A stretch of DNA of 64,000 bases from an uncultured candidatus Porisulfidus sp. Its GTDB lineage: Bacteria; Pseudomonadota; Gammaproteobacteria; Poriferisulfidales; Poriferisulfidaceae. The position numbers and the translations under genes were made by a program. Shown here in pieces: positions 1-9,560 of the stretch. The DNA is taken from positions 800,001 to 864,000 of the forward strand of contig CBDASZ010000001.1 in the NCBI GenBank assembly GCA_965199755.1, written 5' to 3'. The notes below the pieces were generated by a model. That model saw only the letters and a program-made list of their open reading frames with translations, searched no databases and was not told the DNA's origin. The stretch's first letter is position 1. Every line of letters begins with the position of its first letter.

Positions 1-407
1 TGCTGGTCGCGGCATTCAACATTGTGTCGGCACTACTGATGACGGTGTTGGAGAAACGCGCAGATATTGCGGTTCTGCGCACATTGGGGATGACGCGCAC
101 AGGAATTCTGCGCGTGTTTGTACTGCAAGGCTCGCTGATCGGGATGTTTGGCGCAGTGCTTGGGATTGCCGGTGGCGTCGCGCTGTCCCTGAACCTGCAA
201 CTGGTCGTTGGATTCATCGAAACCTTGTTCCAATTCAAGATCTTCTCGCCAGAAGTGTATTACATTAGTGAGATTCCTTCATTGCTGTTATGGGGCGATG
301 TGGCGATCGCGGCTGTCGCATCACTGGTTTTGGCGGTGCTGGCGGCGATTTATCCCGCGCGCAAGGCGCTTGACGTAATGCCAGCGGAGGTGCTGAGATA
401 TGAGTGA
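1..407 (+). CDS. lolE: Lipoprotein-releasing ABC transporter permease (3' part, truncated by window start)
   Basis: LolC/E C-terminal signature: 'AVLRTLGM..GILRVFVLQG', 'VYYISEIPS', 'YPARKA...PAEVLRYE'; overlaps lolD. Confidence 0.9.
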   Translation, partial: LVAAFNIVSALLMTVLEKRADIAVLRTLGMTRTGILRVFVLQGSLIGMFGAVLGIAGGVALSLNLQLVVGFIETLFQFKIFSPEVYYISEIPSLLLWGDVAIAAVASLVLAVLAAIYPARKALDVMPAEVLRYE

Positions 408-1083
408 TCCGGTGATCCGCTGTCGCCAGTTGCATCGCAGTTTTGGCGATGGCACAGGGGCTGTGCATGTGCTGCGTGAGCTGGATATGGATATTCAGAG
501 CGGCGAAAGCGTCGCCATTGTTGGCGCTTCCGGCTCTGGCAAGAGCACATTGCTGCATTTGTTGGCCGGTCTGGATCAGCCGGATGCGGGAAAAATTGAA
601 TTTCTGGGTCAGGAAATTGGAGCACTGGACGATAAGGCTCTGGCGCGTCTGCGCAATGAGCATCTGGGCTTTGTCTATCAGATGCACCATTTGCTGCCGG
701 AGTTTAGTGCGCTTGAAAATGTGGCGCTGCCAAAAATGCTCTCTGGGGTGACGCATTCAGAAGCCCGGCAGGCGGCGATGACTTTGTTGGAACGTGTCGA
801 TCTCGCTCCACGCGCCGAACATCGTCCGGGAGAGTTATCGGGAGGAGAGCGTCAGCGCGTCGCGGTGTGCCGCGCCTTGGTCATGGAGCCGGAGGTGATT
901 TTGGCCGATGAGCCAACCGGGAATCTGGACCCGCAAACGGCGCAAGGCGTGTTTCGTCTGCTGCGGGAGATGAACGAAGAGCGCGGCGGCGCTCTGGTGC
1001 TGGTGACACATGACCGCACACTGGCTTCAGCCATGGCGGTGCGCTATCAATTGATTGACGGGAAAGCCGAGCGCGGAGACTGA
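400..1083 (+). CDS. lolD: Lipoprotein-releasing ABC transporter ATP-binding protein
   Basis: Walker A GASGSGKST, 'LGFVYQMHHLLPEFSALENV', LSGGERQR, ADEPTGNLD; follows lolE. Confidence 0.93.
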   Translation: MSDPVIRCRQLHRSFGDGTGAVHVLRELDMDIQSGESVAIVGASGSGKSTLLHLLAGLDQPDAGKIEFLGQEIGALDDKALARLRNEHLGFVYQMHHLLPEFSALENVALPKMLSGVTHSEARQAAMTLLERVDLAPRAEHRPGELSGGERQRVAVCRALVMEPEVILADEPTGNLDPQTAQGVFRLLREMNEERGGALVLVTHDRTLASAMAVRYQLIDGKAERGD

Positions 1084-1108
1084 GCGCTTTCTGCGCAATC
1101 CTCAAACC

Positions 1109-1759
1109 TCAAACCTGCAGGCAGGCGCGCACTCGCTCGCGTAGAACCGGCAGCACTTCGTTCTCAAACCACGGGTTGCGGCGCAGCCAGCCGTTATTGC
1201 GCCAGGAAGGATGCGGCAGCGGCAACAGCCCGCGTTCTGCATGCTCTTGCCAGGCGGTGACATTTTCAGTCAGGGAGCGCCGACTCCTGGTCTCCAGATG
1301 CCAGCGTTGCGCATGTAGTCCTATGAGCAGAAACAATTTCAGCTGCGGCATGGCCTCGAAGATCCGTGCGCGCCACTGTGTGGCACAAATAGCCGGTGGC
1401 GGCAAATCACCGCCGCGCGCATCCTGACCCGGAAAGCAGAATGCCATCGGCACGGTTGCGATATGCCGCGCATCATAGAACTGTGTGAGGGTCACGCCCA
1501 TCCAGTCGCGCAGACGATCGCCGGAACGGTCATCAAAGGGCAAGCCGCTGGCATGCACCCGAGTACCCGGAGCCTGTCCGCAGACACAGATTTTCGCGGT
1601 GTCGGACAGTCGTGCGACCGGATTGGGTTCATGTCCAAGGTCACGGAAATCATCCGTGCACACGCGGCAGCGTGATAATTCACTCGCCAATGCGGCGAGA
1701 GTCGGATGGGCCGAAGAAATGGACGCCAGTACCCCACCGAGGTGGACCGGCTCACTCAT
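1109..1759 (-). CDS. Uracil-DNA glycosylase superfamily protein
   Basis: CxxC, GQAPG motif, 'SGDRLRDW', 'FCFPG', C-terminal 'LPHPSWRN'. Confidence 0.85.
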   Translation of the reverse strand: MSEPVHLGGVLASISSAHPTLAALASELSRCRVCTDDFRDLGHEPNPVARLSDTAKICVCGQAPGTRVHASGLPFDDRSGDRLRDWMGVTLTQFYDARHIATVPMAFCFPGQDARGGDLPPPAICATQWRARIFEAMPQLKLFLLIGLHAQRWHLETRSRRSLTENVTAWQEHAERGLLPLPHPSWRNNGWLRRNPWFENEVLPVLRERVRACLQV

Positions 1760-2306
1760 GCGGATCGATAATGTCGTGCAGTGCTTTTTCGACTTTCGGG
1801 CGGTGGCGTGTGCGCCAGGCGCGCATTACATAGCGACGCCAATACACGGTGACACCGACATAGCCCAGAATCGCGGCGATAATGCCGCAAATCAGAGACC
1901 CCAGCAGCAACGGCCCGCCGATGAGATAGAGTTCCTCAACGAACCATCCCCATTGCCACTGAAAGTTGAAGGGAACCGGCGGACTGTCGAGTACCCAGCG
2001 TCCCACCTCATAACTGAACCAGAAGATAGGCGCGATGGTGAGTGGATTGGTCAACCAGACTAGAGCGATAGAGAGAGGCAGGTTGGCGCTCCATAGAACT
2101 GCGAAGGGGGCCGCGACCAGCATCTGCCCCGGGATGGGCAGGAATGCACAAAACAGGCCAATAGCAAAAGCGCGCGGCACCGAGCGGCGATTCAAGTGCC
2201 ACAGGTTTGGCTGGTGCAGGATCTCGCCGAACACCGCGCGCAAACCGCGGTGTTCCCGAACATGTTGCTGACTCGGCAGCCACTTTCGCAAAAACTTGCG
2301 AGGCAT
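1752..2306 (-). CDS. DUF2062 family membrane protein
   Basis: 'LWHLNRRSV..AFAIGLF.AFLPIPGQM', 'VWLTNPLT'; this family is typical of the lolD-msbA locus. Confidence 0.85.
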   Translation of the reverse strand: MPRKFLRKWLPSQQHVREHRGLRAVFGEILHQPNLWHLNRRSVPRAFAIGLFCAFLPIPGQMLVAAPFAVLWSANLPLSIALVWLTNPLTIAPIFWFSYEVGRWVLDSPPVPFNFQWQWGWFVEELYLIGGPLLLGSLICGIIAAILGYVGVTVYWRRYVMRAWRTRHRPKVEKALHDIIDPHE

Positions 2307-2388
2307 AGTCTTATAAAAACCTACAAACCATTTACTTTACAATAGATTTTTGCAAAATCCGCATGCCGCAGCAGACGCCCGTTCCTCT

Positions 2389-3006
2389 ATGCTGGAAATT
2401 CTTGTCGCCGGAGGCTGGGTCATGGTGCCCATTCTGGCGTGTTCCGTGGCTGCTCTGGCTATCATTCTGGAGCGTTCCTGGTCCTTGCGCGAAGCGCAAG
2501 TCATGCCGGAGTCATTACTGACCCAAATCCAGCGCTGGATTGGTGGCGAAGCCTTGAGTTCCGAGCGCCTTGACGTGCTTGGTGACAGTTGTGAACTGGG
2601 CCGGGTACTGGCGGCAGGCTTGAGTCCTCACTTCGGCACTTTGGATGAGCGCAAGACCGCGATTGAAGATGCCGGACGGCAGGCCGCAGTGGAGTTGGAG
2701 CATTTTCTAGCCACCCTCGGCACCATCGCGATGATTACACCGCTGTTGGGATTGTTGGGGACGGTGTGGGGGCTGATTGTGGTGTTTGATCAGATCACAA
2801 CCTCCGGCATCGGACAGCCCGGCGATCTGGCCGGCGGCATCGCGCAAGCCCTGATCACCACCGCGGCAGGGCTGGCGGTAGCCATTCCTGCGGTGATTTT
2901 CCATCGGCATTTTCAGCGGCGCATCTCGGTGCTGACCGCACGCATGGAAGCCCAGGCACATCGATTGTTGGACATCCTGCATCAGCGAGAGCAGGGTCAG
3001 TTGTGA
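2389..3006 (+). CDS. exbB: MotA/TolQ/ExbB proton channel family protein
   Basis: 'GGWVMVPI', 'PLLGLLGTV.G', 'GIAQALITTAAGLAVAIPA'; ATG at 2389 preferred over TTG at 2350. Confidence 0.88.
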   Translation: MLEILVAGGWVMVPILACSVAALAIILERSWSLREAQVMPESLLTQIQRWIGGEALSSERLDVLGDSCELGRVLAAGLSPHFGTLDERKTAIEDAGRQAAVELEHFLATLGTIAMITPLLGLLGTVWGLIVVFDQITTSGIGQPGDLAGGIAQALITTAAGLAVAIPAVIFHRHFQRRISVLTARMEAQAHRLLDILHQREQGQL

Positions 3007-3407
3007 AATTTCATATCCGCCGCGAGGACAACCTGAACATTCCGCTGACGCCGCTGATTGACGTCGTCTTTTTGCTGTTGCTGTTCTTTATGCTGACCGC
3101 CACCTTCAGCGAACTGCATACGCTGGATATTCAGCTGCCCACGGCGCAGGCGGATACCGCCATCATTGAGGCGCGCATGGATGTGGGCGTCGACGCCGCA
3201 GGGCAGTATTACTTGAATGGTGCCGCAGTGACATCTGAAGCCTTGCGACAAGGATTGTCCGCCGCACTACAGGAGGATGCGGAGATCGTGGTTTACCTGC
3301 ATGCGCACGCACAGGCCTCGCATCAGGCCGTGGTCAGCGCTATGGCGCAGGTTCGCGCACTGGGCGTACGCCGTCTGCGACTGGCCACATTGGCATCGTA
3401 CGAATAA
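3003..3407 (+). CDS. exbD: ExbD/TolR family protein
   Basis: 'LTPLIDVVFLLLLFFM' transmembrane motif; 4-bp overlap with exbB. Confidence 0.88.
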   Translation: MKFHIRREDNLNIPLTPLIDVVFLLLLFFMLTATFSELHTLDIQLPTAQADTAIIEARMDVGVDAAGQYYLNGAAVTSEALRQGLSAALQEDAEIVVYLHAHAQASHQAVVSAMAQVRALGVRRLRLATLASYE

Positions 3408-6235
3408 TGGACGAGGTCGCACACCGCACTGGGCGCGACATCTTTCGCCGTCTGCTGTCACTGGGACTGCAGGACCAGAAGAACACCTTCAGCAAAGCCA
3501 TTGCCGGCATGGTGCTGGTCGCCGCCAGCGGGCCGGCGCTGTCGGCCTTGATGCAGCCGATACTCGACGGTGCCATAGTCGCGAAGAACCCTGACGTCAT
3601 TCAGTGGGTGCCGCTGGCTTTGGTCGGCATTTTCGCCATGCGCGCGATAGGCTCTTACATCACTGCCTCCTGCATGGCGCAGTTGGGCGCACGGCTGGTA
3701 CGCGATCTTCGCCGCCAAATGTTCGCCCGTCTGCTGGACTTCCCGGCCGAGGCCTACGATCACACCGCCTCCAGTGAACTGCTGGCGCGGGTGACCACAC
3801 ACGTGGAAGGCGTCTCCAGCGCCGCGTCGCAAAGCCTCACCATTCTGGTGCGCGACAGCCTGATGGTGATCGGGTTGATTGGCTGGATGTTCTATGTGAG
3901 CTGGGTGCTGACCGTGGCCTTTCTCGCCGCCACTCCGATCTTCGCGTGGCTGATTCCGACGACCAACCGGCGCGTGCGCAAGCTCAGTCATCGCAGCATG
4001 GATGCCTTCAGCCGCACGGTGAGCAACGTGCAGGAGATGATTCAGGGCTATCGCGTGGTCAAGGTGTTTCATGCCGAGGCGATGGAGCGGGAACGCTTTG
4101 ATGAAACGACCGACCATTTCCGCCATCGTCAGGTGCGCACCGCGCAAGTTAGCGCACTGATGTCGGCGATCATCATGCTGCTGGTCGGGCTCGCTTGGGC
4201 CGCGATCGTTTATCTGGTCACTTTGGAAGGGGTGCTGGAGAGCATCACAGTCGGCGGCTTTGTCTCGTTTATGTTCGCCATGCTGATGTTGCTGGGGCCG
4301 GCACGTAACCTGATTCAGGTCAATGCTCGCTTGCAGACCAGCATTGCTGCCGGACAGCAAGTCTTTCAACTACTGGACTCTCCGATTGAGGATGACTCCG
4401 GGAGCATCCGCAAAACCTCGCTGGATGAAGGCATTGAGTATGACGGCGTCAGCATGCAGTACCGCAACTCGGAAGGTTTGGCAGTAGAGGAAGTGTCACT
4501 GAACATTCGTTGCGGCGAGACCGTCGCGCTGGTCGGGCGCTCTGGTTCGGGGAAATCAACACTGGCGAATTTGCTGCCGCGCTTCTACACGCCGAGCCGC
4601 GGCGAGATTCGTATGGACGGAGTCCCGCTCTCACAGTTGCACCTGCGGGATCTGCGCGGCTTGATCAGTTATGTCGGGCAGAACATCGTGCTGTTCAACG
4701 ATACCCTGCGCAACAACATCACCTACGGAGTCCCGCCGAATCAGCAGCATGATTTGGAGCACGCTTTGCGCTCCGCACATGTGGATGAGTTTGTCGATCG
4801 TCTGCCGCAAGGAATGGAGACCATCATCGGCGAGGGTGGGGTGCAGTTGTCTGGTGGACAGCGCCAGCGACTGGCACTGGCGCGCGCCTTGTACAAGCGG
4901 GCACCTATTTTGATTCTGGACGAGGCGACCTCATCACTCGACAGCAAATCAGAGCGCTATGTTCAGGAAGCCTTGGATGAGATGATGAGCAATTCCACCA
5001 CTTTGATCATTGCACATCGGCTCTCTACCGTCGAGCGGGCGGATCGCATTGTGGTGCTGGATCAGGGGCGTGTGGTCGAGCAGGGCGCGCATCAGGAATT
5101 GCTTGCTGCAAACGGCACGTATGCGAACTTGTACCAGCATGAATTCCAGCTCATCGAAGGCACCGCGCAGCCCGCAGCCAAACTACCACGCCGCGGTCAC
5201 GTCATTCAGGAAGGCCGAACCGTACACAAGACCTGGCCCACACGTTTTGTCGAATCGGTGTGGTATCAGGGCAGCCGCTGGGTGTGGCCGCTCCTCGCGC
5301 TGAGTTGGGTATATCGAACCGCAGTGCTGATGCGGCGCATCTACTGGGGGTGGCTGAACACGGCCGAGGCGCTGCCCGCGCCGGTGGTGGTGATCGGTAA
5401 TCTGAGTGTCGGCGGCACCGGCAAGACGCCGGTGGTGAGTTGGCTGGCGAAGCAGTTGCGAGAGCGCGGACTCAGTGTGGGCATTGTGTGCAGCGGGTAC
5501 GGAGGACGCAGCAAGGATTGGCCGCAAGAAGCAACCCTGGTTTCAGATCCAGATGAAGTGAGTGAGGAAGCTGTATTGCTGGCCGCGCAGACAGGTTGTC
5601 CGGTTTATGCGGGTCCTGATCGCGGTGCCACCGTACGCGCGCTATGCGAAGCGCATCCGGCCGATATAGTTTTGTCCGATGATGGCTTGCAGCATCTGGC
5701 GTTATCGCGTCAGTGTGAAATTCTTGTGATTGATGGTGCGCGCCGCTACGGCAATGACTACTGTCTGCCCGCGGGGCCTTTGCGCGAGCCGAAAAGTCGC
5801 AGCGCGCAAGCCGACATGGTTCTGGTGCATGGCGGCGAGCCGCAAGAAGGGGAGCATCGGTTTGATCTGCAGGTGCAGCATCTGCGACATTTGGTCAACG
5901 GCACCACGCGGCCGCTGTCAGACTTTGCCGGAGAGACCGTGCATGCGGTCTGCGGCATTGGCAATCCAGCGCGATTTTTGGAGTCTTTGGCGGACGCGGG
6001 TGTTGACGCCATCCCGCATTTATTTGAGGATCACTACTGCTTTGTTTCACAGGATTTTGATTTTGCTGGGGAAGTAGCGGTGGTGATGACACCGAAAGAC
6101 GCCGTCAAGTGCGCGCGATTTGCGCGTGAAAAGTGGTATTCTTTAGAGGTGGACGTACAGTTGGATGCTGCCGCACAACATAAACTGGTCGCTTTGGCGC
6201 AAGACGCGGTTGCGGCTTATGGAGAACGCAAATGA
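3407..6235 (+). CDS. msbA-lpxK: Fused lipid A exporter MsbA / tetraacyldisaccharide 4'-kinase LpxK (942 aa)
   Basis: N-terminal ~580 aa is an ABC exporter ([29 protein letters not shown]); C-terminal ~330 aa is LpxK ([42 protein letters not shown]); no stop between them. Confidence 0.92.
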   Translation: MDEVAHRTGRDIFRRLLSLGLQDQKNTFSKAIAGMVLVAASGPALSALMQPILDGAIVAKNPDVIQWVPLALVGIFAMRAIGSYITASCMAQLGARLVRDLRRQMFARLLDFPAEAYDHTASSELLARVTTHVEGVSSAASQSLTILVRDSLMVIGLIGWMFYVSWVLTVAFLAATPIFAWLIPTTNRRVRKLSHRSMDAFSRTVSNVQEMIQGYRVVKVFHAEAMERERFDETTDHFRHRQVRTAQVSALMSAIIMLLVGLAWAAIVYLVTLEGVLESITVGGFVSFMFAMLMLLGPARNLIQVNARLQTSIAAGQQVFQLLDSPIEDDSGSIRKTSLDEGIEYDGVSMQYRNSEGLAVEEVSLNIRCGETVALVGRSGSGKSTLANLLPRFYTPSRGEIRMDGVPLSQLHLRDLRGLISYVGQNIVLFNDTLRNNITYGVPPNQQHDLEHALRSAHVDEFVDRLPQGMETIIGEGGVQLSGGQRQRLALARALYKRAPILILDEATSSLDSKSERYVQEALDEMMSNSTTLIIAHRLSTVERADRIVVLDQGRVVEQGAHQELLAANGTYANLYQHEFQLIEGTAQPAAKLPRRGHVIQEGRTVHKTWPTRFVESVWYQGSRWVWPLLALSWVYRTAVLMRRIYWGWLNTAEALPAPVVVIGNLSVGGTGKTPVVSWLAKQLRERGLSVGIVCSGYGGRSKDWPQEATLVSDPDEVSEEAVLLAAQTGCPVYAGPDRGATVRALCEAHPADIVLSDDGLQHLALSRQCEILVIDGARRYGNDYCLPAGPLREPKSRSAQADMVLVHGGEPQEGEHRFDLQVQHLRHLVNGTTRPLSDFAGETVHAVCGIGNPARFLESLADAGVDAIPHLFEDHYCFVSQDFDFAGEVAVVMTPKDAVKCARFAREKWYSLEVDVQLDAAAQHKLVALAQDAVAAYGERK

Positions 6236-6432
6236 ATAATGAACTGCTGGAGATTCTGGTCTGCCCGGTCACCAAGGGGCCGCTGTACTATGACCGGGAG
6301 TCGCAAGAACTTATTTCCATTGCCGGCGGATTGTCGTATCCAATCCGTGACGGCATCCCAGTACTGCTGGAAGCGGAAGCCCGTGTGTTGAGTGAGGAGG
6401 AGTGTGCGCGCTGGCGCGTCCAACGTCCATGA
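6232..6432 (+). CDS. Trm112 family protein (YcaR-like)
   Basis: '[14 protein letters not shown]...[11 protein letters not shown]'; canonical position between lpxK and kdsB. Confidence 0.9.
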   Translation: MNNELLEILVCPVTKGPLYYDRESQELISIAGGLSYPIRDGIPVLLEAEARVLSEEECARWRVQRP

Positions 6433-7193
6433 CGGCATGGCCCGCATACGCTCCGTACCCGTTCACTGTGATCATCCCGGCGCGGTGTGCGTCTACCCGG
6501 CTGCCCGATAAGCCATTACTCGACATTGCAGGCAAATCAATGCTGGAGTGGGTCTATCGTCAGGCGCAAGCCAGTGGGGCACAGCGGGTGCTTGTCGCGG
6601 CGGGAGATGACGCGGTGAAAGACTGTGCGAAGAATTTTGGAGCCGAAGTGCAAGCGACTCAACCCGATCATTCGAATGGAACGGCGCGCATTGCCGAAGT
6701 GGCGGCGGGTTTGTCTTGCGATGCGGACAGCATCATTGTCAATGTACAGGGCGATGAACCGATGATCGCCCCTGAAGCCATCGCGCAGGTTGCCCGCAAT
6801 CTGTATAAGCGACCTGAGGCGTTTGCTGCGACATTGTGTACGCCATTGCTGGAAGGGGAATTTAGGGCTGTGAATGTGGTTAAAGTCTGGTGCGACGAAC
6901 ATGAGATGGCGCTGGGTTTCGCACGGCAACCGCGCGAGGTGGATGAGATGTCCTGCAATCGACACCTGGGAATTTATGCTTATCGGGCGCGAGGCCTGTT
7001 GGATTATGCCGCGCTCGAACCGGCGCCGGGGGAGGTGTCGGAGTCGTTGGAGCAGTTGCGGATGATGTACCACCAGCTACCGGTCTACGTTGGACGTATT
7101 GCGCCGGAGAATCAAAAACACGCAGGCATTGGCGTGGACACGCCGGAAGATCTTGAGCGTGTTCGACGTCTGATGGGAGACAGATCTCCATGA
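6429..7193 (+). CDS. kdsB: 3-deoxy-manno-octulosonate cytidylyltransferase
   Basis: 'IIPAR.ASTRLP.KPL', 'NVQGDEP', 'HLGIYAYR', 'E.LEQLR', 'GVDTPEDL'; ATG at 6429 overlaps the upstream stop. Confidence 0.93.
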   Translation: MTAWPAYAPYPFTVIIPARCASTRLPDKPLLDIAGKSMLEWVYRQAQASGAQRVLVAAGDDAVKDCAKNFGAEVQATQPDHSNGTARIAEVAAGLSCDADSIIVNVQGDEPMIAPEAIAQVARNLYKRPEAFAATLCTPLLEGEFRAVNVVKVWCDEHEMALGFARQPREVDEMSCNRHLGIYAYRARGLLDYAALEPAPGEVSESLEQLRMMYHQLPVYVGRIAPENQKHAGIGVDTPEDLERVRRLMGDRSP

Positions 7194-7561
7194 CGAGTCA
7201 AAGGCGCGCATTGCTGCTGGTCGCGCATGGCTCGCGGCTGGAAGACGCCAATCAGGAAATCGAGCGCATGGCGGAGCGGTTGCGCGAACAGCTAGGCGAA
7301 GAATATGGCATCGTGCGTCATGCGTTTCTGGAGATTGCCGAGCCTGACATCCCAACCGGGATTGACGCTTGCGTTGCGCAAGGCGCGATCACGATACAGG
7401 TGTTGCCCTATTTTCTGGCGGCCGGGCGGCATGTGCGCGATGACATTCCGGGCATTGTGGAAGAGGCGAGGCGGAAGCATTCAAGTGTGGCCATTCACCT
7501 GCAGGACTATCTGGGCTTGAATGAAGCGATGCCTGAATTTCTGGCGCGGACCGCCACATAA
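7190..7561 (+). CDS. Single-domain CbiX/SirB-type chelatase family protein
   Basis: 'LLVAHGSR', 'AFLE', 'PYFLAAGRHVRDDIP' with both metal-binding His residues. Confidence 0.85.
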   Translation: MTSQRRALLLVAHGSRLEDANQEIERMAERLREQLGEEYGIVRHAFLEIAEPDIPTGIDACVAQGAITIQVLPYFLAAGRHVRDDIPGIVEEARRKHSSVAIHLQDYLGLNEAMPEFLARTAT

Positions 7562-7641
7562 AAGCGCACCGTGTTGCTGAATGCTTAAACTACGTATGTG
7601 GAAACCCAGCCCTGGTCAACTGAATATCTAAAGGAGCAATT

Positions 7642-8619
7642 GTGATCAAAGTTATGGCACCTGCGCGCCTGCATCTGGGCTTCCTTGATCTGCACGGAGG
7701 CCTCGGCCGTCGATTCGGCGGATTGGGCGTGACCTTGAGCGAAATCAGTACGCAACTGAGTTGCAGCCGAAGTGCCAGTTTCGAAGGGAGTGGACCCAAC
7801 GCGGAGCGGGCCCTGGAATACGCCAAACAATTGCTGCACCTGTTCGGGTGCACTGAGGCGGTGCGCATTGAGATGCACGAGGCAATTCCCAACCATGCCG
7901 GTCTGGGTTCCGGCACGCAACTCGCGCTCACCGTGGGTTCCGCTATCAATCATCTATTCGGACTCAACCTAGGCATTCGCGAGATTGCCGCCAAACTGGG
8001 TCGCGGGATGCGCTCAGGTATCGGTATCGGGTCATTTGAACATGGCGGGTTTCTGCTGGATGGCGGGCGTGGCGAGGGAGCCCAACTGCCACGGATCATT
8101 GCTCGCCACTCTTTCCCGGAGCACTGGCGCATCGTACTGCTGCTCTCTCGCGATGGCTCTTTGGGGCTTGCGGGTGAAACCGAGCGCATCGCATTTAGTA
8201 AACTGCCGCCATTCCCGCAACAGTCTGCCGCGCATCTGTGTCACTTGACCGTGATGCAAATTCTGCCCGCGCTGATAGAAGAGGATATCAATCAGTTCGC
8301 GCGCGGCATCGGTGAGTTGCAAGAGATCATGGGCGAATACTTCGCTCCGGCGCAAGGCAGTGCTATTCTCAACCCGCACATCGCGGGCCTGCTAAAACAA
8401 GCCCAGTTGCAAGGCTTCGAAGGGGTCGGGCAAAGTTCTTGGGGGCCGACCGGCTTTATTTTGACGGACAGCGAAACTCAGGCGCATACGCTAGTTCGCA
8501 AACTGCAGATCGACGCGGATATTGAGGTTCGCATCGTGAGTGCCTCCGACTGCGGCTATACTTACACGCTCATGGCGAAAGAGGCCGCGCAGGACGACTC
8601 ACAGCGTCAGGCTTCTTAA
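7642..8619 (+). CDS. mptG: Beta-ribofuranosylaminobenzene 5'-phosphate (beta-RFAP) synthase
   Basis: 'APARLHLGFLDL.G..GRRFGGLG', GHMP motif 'HAGLGSGTQ', 'GQSSWGPT'; AAGGAG RBS; first gene of the H4MPT cluster. Confidence 0.9.
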   Translation: MIKVMAPARLHLGFLDLHGGLGRRFGGLGVTLSEISTQLSCSRSASFEGSGPNAERALEYAKQLLHLFGCTEAVRIEMHEAIPNHAGLGSGTQLALTVGSAINHLFGLNLGIREIAAKLGRGMRSGIGIGSFEHGGFLLDGGRGEGAQLPRIIARHSFPEHWRIVLLLSRDGSLGLAGETERIAFSKLPPFPQQSAAHLCHLTVMQILPALIEEDINQFARGIGELQEIMGEYFAPAQGSAILNPHIAGLLKQAQLQGFEGVGQSSWGPTGFILTDSETQAHTLVRKLQIDADIEVRIVSASDCGYTYTLMAKEAAQDDSQRQAS

Positions 8620-8660
8620 AAACTTCTGGCTATCACTTTAACTCAATCAGGAAATAATCG

Positions 8661-9560
8661 ATGGAACGAAAATACCTATTGCACATGCTGACTTCGGCCA
8701 AGAATCTCAGTCCGTTTGATGCCAATATGGCGTATGACGCAGGCTGGGATGCCTGCATTCCTTATATTCAGGTGGATTCCGGTGAGGTCAAGGGACTGGT
8801 GGAAGACGCCATCTTTTCGCGTGGCCCGACCGGCGTCAAGCGCACCGGGGTGTTCATCGGCGGGCGTGACATGCACGAGGCTATGGAGATGCTCGACACC
8901 TGCAGCAAGTCCATGGTGCCGCCGTTTGTGATTTCTGCCTTTGCTGATCCCAGTGGCGCGTTCACTACAGCAGCAGCGATGGTGGCCAAAGTCGAGAAGG
9001 CCCTGCAAGATCATCACAGCACCGAACTGGACGGGCAGCGCATACTGGCACTGGGAGGCACCGGCCCGGTGGGTTCCGCTGCTGCCGTGATCGCATCAGC
9101 CGCCGGCGCGCGTGTGACGATTCTCGGCCGAAAGAAAGAGAAATGCGACGATGCCGCGGCGTTATGCAATGACAAATATGCCGCCAGCACTCCGGTCGAA
9201 GGTGCCGCGAATGATGATCTGGATGCTTTGCTGGATGAGACCGATGTGATCTTCGCTTCGGCGGCGGCTGGCATTCAGTTGATGTCGCAAGAACAAATCG
9301 CTCGCGCCCCGCGCCTAAAGGCCGCGGCGGATGTTAACGCGGTCCCTCCGTCTGGCATTCACGGACTGGACGTAATGGATGACGCCAAGCCCATTGAAGG
9401 CTCCAACTCCGGGGTGGTTGGCATTGGCGCTCTCGCAATAGGCAATGTGAAATACCAGACACAGCAACGACTGCTGCGTCAAATGCGCGAGACGGAAGAG
9501 CCTGTCTATTATCACTTCGAGCATGCATTTGCGGTTGCGCGCCAGTGCGTAGCGGAATAG
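8661..9560 (+). CDS. mtdB: NAD(P)-dependent methylene-H4MPT dehydrogenase
   Basis: 'SPFD.NMAYDAG', 'DAIFSRGP', 'DPSGAFTTAAA', 'GGTGPVG', 'DVNAVPP', 'GALAIGNVKY'. Confidence 0.9.
   Translation: MERKYLLHMLTSAKNLSPFDANMAYDAGWDACIPYIQVDSGEVKGLVEDAIFSRGPTGVKRTGVFIGGRDMHEAMEMLDTCSKSMVPPFVISAFADPSGAFTTAAAMVAKVEKALQDHHSTELDGQRILALGGTGPVGSAAAVIASAAGARVTILGRKKEKCDDAAALCNDKYAASTPVEGAANDDLDALLDETDVIFASAAAGIQLMSQEQIARAPRLKAAADVNAVPPSGIHGLDVMDDAKPIEGSNSGVVGIGALAIGNVKYQTQQRLLRQMRETEEPVYYHFEHAFAVARQCVAE

Noticed and set aside
3458-4369. 303-aa antisense ORF, and similar long ones at 9315-10172, 14525-15337, 31554-32288, 33289-33957, 35548-36246 and 61135-61776
   Set aside because: Shadow ORFs opposite well-supported genes in GC-rich DNA, with no recognisable motifs.
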